Shown piece after piece: positions 1-7,800 of a stretch of DNA of 64,000 nt. How positions within the stretch are numbered: the first letter of the stretch is position 1; the number at the start of each line of letters is the position of its first letter. The notes below the pieces were generated by a model. It was not told the DNA's origin. It ran no database searches and worked only from the letters and a program-made list of their open reading frames with translations. The stretch is taken from the NCBI GenBank assembly GCA_039928615.1, contig JBDSSS010000044.1, positions 3,695-67,694 of the forward strand. The letters are read 5' to 3'. The position numbers and the translations under genes were made by a program. Source of the stretch: Terracoccus sp. (lineage in GTDB: Bacteria; Actinomycetota; Actinomycetes; Actinomycetales; Dermatophilaceae).

Positions 1-1007
1 TCGCCTTCGGCACGCTCCTCAAGGAGGGAACTCCCGTCCGCCTCGCGGGCCAGGACAGCCGTCGGGGGACGTTCGTGCAGCGGCATGCCGTGCTCATCGA
101 CAAGCAGACTGCGGAGGAGTGGACGCCGCTGCTCTACCTCGGCGAGGGGCAGGCCCGCTTCTGGGTCTACGACTCCCTCCTGTCGGAGTTCGCCGCGATG
201 GGCTTCGAGTACGGCTACTCCGTCGAGCGGCCCGACGCCCTCGTGCTGTGGGAGGCGCAGTTCGGGGACTTCGGCAACGGCGCCCAGACGATCGTCGACG
301 AGTTCATCTCCAGCTCCGAGCAGAAGTGGGGTCAGCGCAGCTCCGTCGTGCTGCTGCTGCCGCACGGCTACGAGGGCCAGGGACCGGACCACAGCTCGGC
401 ACGGATCGAGCGCTACCTCCAGCTCTGTGCCGAGAACAACATGACCGTCGCCTACCCCTCGACGGCGGCGTCGTACTTCCACCTGCTCCGCCGGCAGGCG
501 TACTCGCGCCCGCGCACGCCGCTCATCGTCTTCACCCCGAAGTCGATGCTGCGGTCCAAGGCCGCCGCGAGTCCGGTCGAGGCGTTCACCGAGGGCGGTT
601 TCCGGCCGGTCATCCCCGACCACGAGGGGGTGACCCAGGACGTGACGCGGGTGCTGCTCGCGTCGGGCAAGATCGTCCACGACCTCGATGCCGAGCGCGC
701 CAAGCGTGAGGACACCTCCACGGCGATCATCCGGGTGGAGCAGCTCTACCCGATCCCCGAGAAGGAGATCCTCGACGTCGTCGCCCGCTATCCCGGGGCC
801 GAGCTGGTCTGGGTGCAGGACGAGCCGCGCAACCAGGGCGCCTGGCCGCTGATGGCCCAGTGGCTGCACGAGGACCTCATCGAGCTGGGCGAGTCCCGCC
901 CGTGGCGGGTCGTGGCACGCAAGGCCTCCGCCTCCCCCGCGACGGGCTCGTCCAAGAAGCACCAGGCCGAGCAGGCCGACCTGTTCGAGCAGGCGTTCGG
1001 CCGCTGA
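1..1007 (+). CDS. sucA: 2-oxoglutarate dehydrogenase E1 component (Kgd/SucA), C-terminal fragment; the gene continues upstream of the window
   Basis: The reading frame is open from nt 3 to the stop at 1005-1007. The translation AFGTLLKEGTPVRLAGQDSRRGTFVQRHAVL...FGNGAQTIVDEFISSSEQKWGQRSSVVLLLPHGYEGQGPDHSSARIERYLQLC is the conserved C-terminal part of OGDH E1. Confidence 0.9.
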   Translation, partial: AFGTLLKEGTPVRLAGQDSRRGTFVQRHAVLIDKQTAEEWTPLLYLGEGQARFWVYDSLLSEFAAMGFEYGYSVERPDALVLWEAQFGDFGNGAQTIVDEFISSSEQKWGQRSSVVLLLPHGYEGQGPDHSSARIERYLQLCAENNMTVAYPSTAASYFHLLRRQAYSRPRTPLIVFTPKSMLRSKAAASPVEAFTEGGFRPVIPDHEGVTQDVTRVLLASGKIVHDLDAERAKREDTSTAIIRVEQLYPIPEKEILDVVARYPGAELVWVQDEPRNQGAWPLMAQWLHEDLIELGESRPWRVVARKASASPATGSSKKHQAEQADLFEQAFGR

Positions 1008-1156
1008 CCCGACGCCGTCGCCGGGTCCTCCACCACGTGGGCAGGACCCGGCGGCGCGACCGGCGCCCCACCGGGCGGGCCGGATCGTGCCGGCGAGCCG
1101 GTTCACCACCGGCTTGCCTGCGCCGCAAGGTGCACGAGTCGCGATAGCCTCCGATC

Positions 1157-1333
1157 GTGTACTTCACCGACCGAGGCATCGAGGAGCTGGCGAGTCGCCG
1201 CGGCGAGGAGCCGGTGAGCCTGGAGTGGCTCGCCGAGCAGCTGCGGACGTTCGTCGACCTCAACCCCGAGTTCGAGGTGCCGATGGAGCGATTCGCGACG
1301 TGGCTGGCACGACTCGATGACGACGAGGACTGA
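1157..1333 (+). CDS. Small conserved actinobacterial protein (DUF6104-like), 58 aa, GTG start
   Basis: This ORF is below the track length cut-off. It translates as VYFTDRGIEELASRRGEEPVSLEWLAEQLRTFVDLNPEFEVPMERFATWLARLDDDED and has high third-position GC. The family name is recalled, not searched. Confidence 0.55.
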   Translation: MYFTDRGIEELASRRGEEPVSLEWLAEQLRTFVDLNPEFEVPMERFATWLARLDDDED

Positions 1334-2120
1334 GCACGTGACCGACAACGAGACCGAGCAGATCCCCTACGGCGTGGGACCGGCCTACCCGGTGGCCCAC
1401 ACCGCGTTCACGAGCGACACCAGGCCCGGGGGTGCCTCTGCCACCGGCGCTCCCCCGCCCTCCTCCGGCTCGTCCCCCGGCGCGCACCTGCTGTCCGCGC
1501 CGTCCGTCGACGTTCCCGGACCCGACGGCGCCCGGGACGTGGGGATGGTCTTCGTCGGCGGGTCCCAGACCGCCGGCTACGGCGACCCCAAGGGCCTGGG
1601 CTGGGTCGGCCGCGTCGTCGCGCGGACGCAGCACCCCGACCTCGACCTCACGGCCTACAACATCGGGATCCGCGGCAACACCTCCGGTGACGTCGTCGCC
1701 CGGTGGGTCGCCGAGTGCCACCCCCGGTGGCGCGGCCGCTCCGAGCGTCGCCTCGTGCTGTCGGTCGGCACCAACGACGTGATGACCGGGATGACGATGG
1801 CCCGGTCACGGCTCAACCTCGCCAACGTCATCGACGAGGCGACGAACGCCGGCATCAAGACCTTCGTCGTCGGCCTGACCCCCAGTCTCGACTCGGAGCT
1901 GAACCGGCGCCTCGAGGCACTGGCCGAGGCCCAGGCCGACGTCTGCTCACGCCGGGGCATCACCTACGTCGACTGCTTCCGCCCGCTCGTCGGGCACGAC
2001 CAGTGGATGGCCGACCTCGCCGCGAGCCCCGACCGCGCCCATCCCGGACAGGCCGGCTACGGCCTCATTGCCTGGCTCGTGCTCCACAACGGCTGGAACG
2101 ACTGGCTCTCGCTGAGCTGA
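1317..2120 (+). CDS. SGNH/GDSL-family hydrolase with a low-complexity N-terminal region
   Basis: SGNH blocks are present: VFVGGSQTAGYGD (block I), GIRGNTSGD (block II), SVGTNDV (block III), and a DRAHP-type block V. GC3 is high from nt 1317. The start is uncertain and overlaps the previous small ORF by 17 nt. Confidence 0.72.
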   Translation: MTTRTEHVTDNETEQIPYGVGPAYPVAHTAFTSDTRPGGASATGAPPPSSGSSPGAHLLSAPSVDVPGPDGARDVGMVFVGGSQTAGYGDPKGLGWVGRVVARTQHPDLDLTAYNIGIRGNTSGDVVARWVAECHPRWRGRSERRLVLSVGTNDVMTGMTMARSRLNLANVIDEATNAGIKTFVVGLTPSLDSELNRRLEALAEAQADVCSRRGITYVDCFRPLVGHDQWMADLAASPDRAHPGQAGYGLIAWLVLHNGWNDWLSLS

Positions 2121-2141
2121 GCGGCCGTCCGCCCGCTGCAC

Positions 2142-2166
2142 ACGGCATACCGTCGAGGTATGCCGT
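2142..2166. terminator. Hairpin between convergent genes (10-bp stem ACGGCATACC / GGTATGCCGT, 5-nt loop)
   Basis: A perfect inverted repeat read directly from the sequence. It lies between the stop at 2120 (+) and the stop at 2177 (-). There is no T-tract, as is usual in high-GC actinobacteria. Confidence 0.5.
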
Positions 2167-2176
2167 CACCGTGCGG

Positions 2177-2665
2177 TCACGTCGCAGGGCGCTCGTCAGA
2201 GTGCTCGGCGGTGCCCTCGTCGCGGTCGGGCTCCGACCCCGCGCCCGCCGCACGGCCCCCACCGGCCAACGCCGTGATGATGGTCAGGGCGGCAAGGGCG
2301 GCCACCGCGGCCGCCAGGAGCGGTCGCTCGGACTGCCAGAGACTCCACCCGACGGGGAGCAGCAAGGCGTTCCAGAGCACCGTCGGCGTGCGGGGCCAGT
2401 CCTTGGCCTGCACCCAGCCCCGGGCCACGACGAGCAGCCCGACGGCGAAGACGAGGATGAGCAGCCCGGACGTCACCGCCCGCACCGTGTCACTCGTGCC
2501 CCCGGACGCGATCCCGTAGCCGTAGAACCCGACGAAGCCGAGCAGCACCAGCGCCTCGAGCGCGACGAGAGCGGCGCAGAGGCGAGCCGCGTTGCTGGAC
2601 CCGGACCTCGCAGGGCCTGCCTCCGGCACGCTCGGGGACGGTGGAGCGGGCGTGGTCACGAGCAC
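2177..2665 (-). CDS. Small integral membrane protein (about 4 TM helices), function unknown
   Basis: Four hydrophobic segments are visible: LCAALVALEALVLLGFVGFYGY, VTSGLLILVFAVGLLVVARGW, VLWNALLLPVGWSLW and LLAAAVAALAALTIITALAG. The GTG start at 2665 (or 2659) was chosen because the upstream part of the track ORF looks non-coding. Confidence 0.55.
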   Translation of the reverse strand: MLVTTPAPPSPSVPEAGPARSGSSNAARLCAALVALEALVLLGFVGFYGYGIASGGTSDTVRAVTSGLLILVFAVGLLVVARGWVQAKDWPRTPTVLWNALLLPVGWSLWQSERPLLAAAVAALAALTIITALAGGGRAAGAGSEPDRDEGTAEHSDERPAT

Positions 2666-2976
2666 ATCGTACCGATGGGTACACTGGAGGCCGTCCGATG
2701 GGTGGCCCCCGGGATGTGCCCGGTAGCCCGCTGTAGATACGCTGTGCACTCGGTGTGACCCGTGCCTGCGCTGTTGATCCTGCGTCAGACGTCCGACACA
2801 CTGGTCCTGGCCCGGGACGCGTACGGAACAACTTCGTGCGCGTCGTCGTTGGTCAGAGGGCGATGCCCTCGTGGACACGCACTGAGATGGCTCCGACAAC
2901 GACGCTGGCGCCGAGCACCTGCATCACCGAGACCTTTCCGGCGGTGCCATCGAGAAGACGAAGGAGCACGATCCAC

Positions 2977-3225
2977 ATGGATTGGCGCGACCGCGCTGCC
3001 TGCCTGGAGGCCGACCCCGAGCTGTTCTTCCCCATCGGGAACACCGGCCCGGCGATCCTCCAGATCGAAGAGGCCAAGGCCGTGTGCCGAACCTGTTCCG
3101 TCATCGACACGTGCCTGAAGTGGGCACTGGAGAGCGGACAGGACGCCGGAGTGTGGGGTGGACTCTCCGAGGACGAGCGCCGGGCGCTCAAGCGCCGCAA
3201 CGCGCGCGCCCGCCGGGCCGGCTGA
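2977..3225 (+). CDS. whiB1: WhiB-family Fe-S transcription factor, WhiB1/WblE type
   Basis: The translation MDWRDRAACLEADPELFFPIGNTGPAILQIEEAKAVCRTCSVIDTCLKWALESGQDAGVWGGLSEDERRALKRR shows four Cys, the GVWGG turn and a basic tail. A GAAGGAG SD sits upstream of the ATG at 2977. The gene is adjacent to a pdtaS-like kinase, as Rv3219 is to Rv3220c. Confidence 0.9.
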   Translation: MDWRDRAACLEADPELFFPIGNTGPAILQIEEAKAVCRTCSVIDTCLKWALESGQDAGVWGGLSEDERRALKRRNARARRAG

Positions 3226-3238
3226 CAGCACCGCCCGC

Positions 3239-3271
3239 AAGCCCGGTGACGCTCGTTGTCACCGGGCTTTT
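3239..3271 (+). terminator. Rho-independent terminator after whiB1
   Basis: The sequence AAGCCCGGTGAC-gctcgtt-GTCACCGGGCTT followed by TTTG gives a 12-bp perfect stem plus a short T run. Confidence 0.7.
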
Positions 3272-3307
3272 GCCTGCGTGCGCGACCGCCGGGCGGGTCA
3301 GGCAATG

Positions 3308-3347
3308 GGACGCGTCAGGTGATCGGACGCGTCAGGTGATCGGACGC
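3308..3347. repeat. 17-bp tandem duplication (about 2.4 copies of GGACGCGTCAGGTGATC) straddling the pdtaS stop codon
   Basis: Read directly: ggacgcgtcaggtgatc ggacgcgtcaggtgatc ggacgc. The functional stop (tca at 3332-3334) is in copy 2. Confidence 0.9.
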
Positions 3348-4819
3348 AGGGTCGCGGTGAAGCGCGCCCGGGTGCCGTGTGGCGAGAGACCCTCCCACGT
3401 GATCCGCCCCCCGAGGTCGGCGACGAGGGACTGGACGATCTGCGTGCCCAGCCCGGAGCCGGGGCGACGCCCCGGGTCGATCCCGGCGCCGTCGTCGTCG
3501 ATGGTCACCACGACCGTCGACCGGCCCCGCTCGTCGGACTGCCGCTCGATACCGATGCGGACCTCACCGCCCGCGTCGCCGAGGCCGTGCTCGATGGAGT
3601 TCTGGACCAGCTCGCTCATCACCATCGCGAGCGAGGTGGCATCCTCGGCCCGCAACCGCCCGAAGGTACCTGTCGTGACCGTCCGGACGTCCGCCCCGTT
3701 GGAGGACACCTCGACGACCGCGTTGAGGCCGCGCTTGGCGATCGCGTCGAAGTCGACGGTCTCGTCGAAGCCCTGGCTCAGCTGGTCGTGGACCATCGCG
3801 ATGGTGCCCACGCGACGCTCCGCCTCCTTGAGGGCTTCGCGAGCCTCCCCCTCGGGCACCCGCCGTCCCTGCAGCCTCAGCAGGGCCGCGACCGACTGCA
3901 GGTTGTTCTTGACCCGGTGGTGGATCTCGCGGATCGTCGCGTCCTTCGTCATCAGCTCGCGCTCCCGGCGCCGCAGCTCGCCGACGTCCCGGAGCAGGAC
4001 GATCGCCCCGAATCGCTGGCCCGCCTCGGTGAGCGGGATCGCCCGCATCGAGATCGTCGTGCCTCCTGCCACCACCTCGGTGCGCCACGGCTGACGGCCC
4101 GTCACGACGAGCGGCAGTCCCTCGTCGACGGGGTGGGACTCACGGACGTTGTCGGTGACGACCTGCGCGAGGCTCGACCCCGTGACCTCGCCGTGGTGGC
4201 CGAGCCGGTGCAGGGCGGAGACCGCGTTGGGGCTGGCGTAGGTGACGATGCCGTCGACGTCGAGACGGATCACGCCGTCCCCGACACGCGGGGCGCCACG
4301 ACGCAGACCCGTCGGGGCGCTGCCGTGCGGGAACTCACCACCCGTCACCATCCGACACAGCGCGTCAGCGGTCGCGAGGTAGGTCAGCTCGAGGCGGCTC
4401 GGGGTCCGCGTGGTCCAGAGGTTCGTGTGCCGTGTCATCACCGCGACGACGCGGCCCTGACGGACGACGGGGATGTACTCCTCGCGGACCGACTGGTCCG
4501 GCAGGCCGGGCTGCTCGACCTTGGCCTGGCGCACCCGGAGGATCCGTTGCTCGGTGGCGGACTCCTCGACCAGCTCGCTCGTGTGCCCACGGTCGGCGAC
4601 GCGGCCCACCTGGTCGTCGACGAAGACGAGCTGTCCGGTGGTCGGACGGACGTGGGCGACAGCCTCCCAGCGGTCACTGGTCGACCGCACCCAGAGCACG
4701 AGGTCGGCGAAGGACAGGTCGGCGACGAGCTGCCAGTCACCGACGAGCAGGTGCAGCCACTCCACGTCGTGGTCGGGCAGGTTCGTCCGTCCACGGAGCA
4801 GTTCACTGAGAGTCGCCAC
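3332..4819 (-). CDS. pdtaS: PdtaS-like cytoplasmic sensor histidine kinase (GAF/PAS - HisKA_2 - HATPase)
   Basis: An H-box of HisKA_2 type is present (IREIHHRVKNNLQSVAALLRLQGRR), with C-terminal ATPase motifs (ELVQNSIEHG, DDDGAGIDPG, GLGTQIV). There are no TM segments. The gene sits next to whiB1, as in Mtb. Confidence 0.85.
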   Translation of the reverse strand: MATLSELLRGRTNLPDHDVEWLHLLVGDWQLVADLSFADLVLWVRSTSDRWEAVAHVRPTTGQLVFVDDQVGRVADRGHTSELVEESATEQRILRVRQAKVEQPGLPDQSVREEYIPVVRQGRVVAVMTRHTNLWTTRTPSRLELTYLATADALCRMVTGGEFPHGSAPTGLRRGAPRVGDGVIRLDVDGIVTYASPNAVSALHRLGHHGEVTGSSLAQVVTDNVRESHPVDEGLPLVVTGRQPWRTEVVAGGTTISMRAIPLTEAGQRFGAIVLLRDVGELRRRERELMTKDATIREIHHRVKNNLQSVAALLRLQGRRVPEGEAREALKEAERRVGTIAMVHDQLSQGFDETVDFDAIAKRGLNAVVEVSSNGADVRTVTTGTFGRLRAEDATSLAMVMSELVQNSIEHGLGDAGGEVRIGIERQSDERGRSTVVVTIDDDGAGIDPGRRPGSGLGTQIVQSLVADLGGRITWEGLSPHGTRARFTATLRPIT

Positions 4820-4864
4820 GCCTTGAGCCTAGGGGGCGGAGCCGGCGGCACACCGGCCCCGGCC

Positions 4865-7800
4865 CTACCGACGGGCCGCGCTCTTCTTCGCCGGCACCTT
4901 CTTCGTCGCCCGCGTCGCCGCCTTCGTCGTGGCGGTCTTCTTCGTCGCGGTCTTCTTTGTCGCGGTCTTCTGCGTCGCGGTCTTCTTCGTCGCCGTCTTC
5001 TTGGTCGCGGCCTCTGTGGCCATGGCCTTCTTCGTCGCGGCCTTCTTCGTCGCGGCCTTCTTCGCCACGGTCTTCTTCGCCACGGTCTTCTTCGCCACGG
5101 TCTTCTTCGCCACGGTGCCGTCCTCCTCGGGTGCCGCGACCGAGACCGGTGCGCTCGAGGACGCCGGCTTCGTCACGGTCCGCAGGGTCCGCAGCGCGAC
5201 CGAGAGCGCGGCGATGCCGGCGTGCGACATCCGCTCGATCCCGCCGAGCGCGGTGCGGGCCCGGGCGAGGGCGTCGGCGTTGAGGTCGGACCACTGCGCC
5301 ATCCGCTCCGGCGCGTCGTCGCCGCGGCGGCTCACCTCGAGCACCGAGCGAGCGAGGCTCTCGAGGACGGCGTAGAGGTCGTCGCGGAGCGCTCCTCGGG
5401 CCAGGGCGTCCCACCGGTCCTCGCGCGGGAGCATGGTCACCCGGGAGAGCATCGCGTCGATCGAGAACGCCTCGGAGGTCAGGAAGTAGACGCCGACGAC
5501 GTCGTCGAGCTCCTCCCCCGTGTCCTCCGCGATCTCCACGCAGTCGAGGAGGGAGTAGACGTCGAGCAGCGAGGCCGCCTGCTGGGCCAGCTCCTCCGGG
5601 ACGCCCTTCGCCTCGAGCTCGCGGGTCCGGGTGCGCAGGCGTGTGCTCTCGGTGCCCTGGAGCACCTCCGGCATGCGTGCGGCATACGCCTCGATGCCGG
5701 GCCGGAAGCGCGCCACCTCAGCCGCGATGTCGAGCACCGCGGGCCGAGAGGTGAGGAACCAGCGCACCGAGCGGTCGATGAGGCGGCGGAACTCGAGGTA
5801 GAGCGCCGTCTGGGCCGTCGTGGTCACGACGTTGTCGGTGGCCTCGACCCCACGCACGAAGCCGGCGAGGTCGAAGATCTCACGACACACGACGTAGGCC
5901 CGGGCCACCTGCTCCGGGTTGGCGCCCGTCTCCTCGCCCGCGCGGTAGGCGAAGGTGATGCCGCCCCGGTTGATCATCGAGTTGGCCACGGCGTTCGTGA
6001 TGATCTCGCGGCGCAGCGGGTGCGCAGCGATCTCGTCGGCGTACTTGCGGCGCAAGGGTTTCGGGAAGTAGTCGGCCAAGGTCGTGGCAAACCACGGGTC
6101 GTCGGGCAGGGAGGTCGTGATGAGCTGGTTCTTCAGGTAGAGCTTGGCGTAGGCGACGAGCACCGAGAACTCCGGTGAGACGAGGCCCTCCCCCGACTTC
6201 TGGCGGCGCAGGATCTCCGACCCGCTCGGGAGGAACTCGAGGCCCCGGTCGAGGTCGCCGTTCTCCTCGAGGAACTGGATGAGCCGCTCGTGCACGGTGA
6301 GCATCTCGTGCTGCTGCGCCCGGGCGTTGCCGAGCAGCACGTTCTGCTCGTAGTTGTCGCGCAGGACCTGCTCGGCGACCTCGTCGGTCATCGAGGCGAG
6401 GAGCGTGTTGCGACGGCGCATCGTCAGCTCGCCCGAGCGGGTCAGCTCGGTGAGCAGGATCTTGATGTTGACCTCGTGGTCGGAGGTGTCGACCCCGGCG
6501 CTGTTGTCGATGGCGTCGGTGTTGACGCGGACTCCGGCCAGGGCGGCCTCGATGCGGCCGAGCTGGCTCATCCCCAGGTTGCCACCCTCGCCGATGACGC
6601 TGCAGCGCAGGTCGGCGCCGTTGACCCGGATCGCGTCGTTGGCGCGGTCGCCGATCTCGCCGTTGCTCTCGCTCGTGGCCTTGACGTAGGTGCCGATGCC
6701 GCCGTTCCACAGCAGGTCCACCGGAGCGAGCAGGATCGCCTTCATCAGCTCGGCGGGCGTCATCGTCTTCGTGCCCGACCGCAGCCCGAGGGCGGTGATC
6801 ATCTGGGCCGTGATCGGCACCGACTTGGCGGCGCGGTCGATGATGGCGCCGCCCCGGGAGACGAGCGAGGAGTCATAGTCGGCCCACGAGGACCCGGGCA
6901 GGTCGAACATCCGGCGGCGCTCCGCGAAGGACGCCGCGGCGTCGGGGTCGGGGTCGATGAAGATGTGCCGGTGGTCGAAGGCCGCGACGAGACGGATGTG
7001 CTCCGACAGGAGCATCCCGTTGCCGAAGACGTCGCCACTCATGTCCCCGACGCCGACGCAGGTGAAGTCCTCGCTCTGGGTGTCGAGCCCGGCCTCGCGG
7101 AAGTGTCGCTTGACCGACTCCCAGGCGCCCCGCGCCGTGATCCCCATGCCCTTGTGGTCGTAGCCGGCCGAGCCCCCCGAGGCGAAGCCGTCGTCGAGCC
7201 AGAACCCGTAGTCGGCGGAGATGCCGTTGGCGATGTCGGAGAACTTGGCGGTGCCCTTGTCGGCAGCGACGACGAGGTAGGTGTCGTCCTCGTCGTGCCG
7301 CACCACCCGCGCGGGCGGCACGACGGCCCCGGAGACGAGGTTGTCGGTGAGGTCGAGCAGCCCGGAGATGAACAGCTGGTAGGAGGCGATGCCCTCGGCC
7401 AGCCAGGCGCCCCGGTCCACCGCCGGATCGGGCAGCTGCTTGGCGTAGAAGCCGCCCTTGGAGCCGGTGGGCACGATGACGGCGTTCTTGACCATCTGCG
7501 CCTTGACGAGACCGAGGACCTCGGTGCGGAAGTCCTCCCGACGGTCGCTCCAGCGCAGCCCGCCGCGGGCCACCTTGCCGAAGCGCAGGTGGACGCCCTC
7601 GACGCGGGGGCTGTAGACCCACACCTCGAACATCGGCCGGGGGGCGGGCAGGTCCGGGACCTTCTTGGGGTTGAGCTTGAGCGAGACGTACGACTTCTGC
7701 TCGCCCGTCTCGTCGGGCTGGTAGAAGTTGGTCCGGAGGCTGGCAAGGATCACGCCGAGCAGGGCCCGCACGATCCGGTCGTGGTCGAGGCTGGCCACCT

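Noticed and set aside
2700-2830. A CRP/Cmr-type operator upstream of whiB1, for example TGTGT-cggacg-TCTGA on the complement near 2783-2800, and TGTGCA...TGTGAC near 2744-2760.
   Set aside because: Only about 7 of 10 positions match the TGTGA-N6-TCACA consensus. No second half-site is convincing. This is not strong enough to call.
4865-5116. The Lys-rich repeat region considered as a separate small histone-like gene downstream of gdh.
   Set aside because: There is no stop codon between the GDH core and the tail in this frame, and no internal start with an SD. It reads as a C-terminal fusion.
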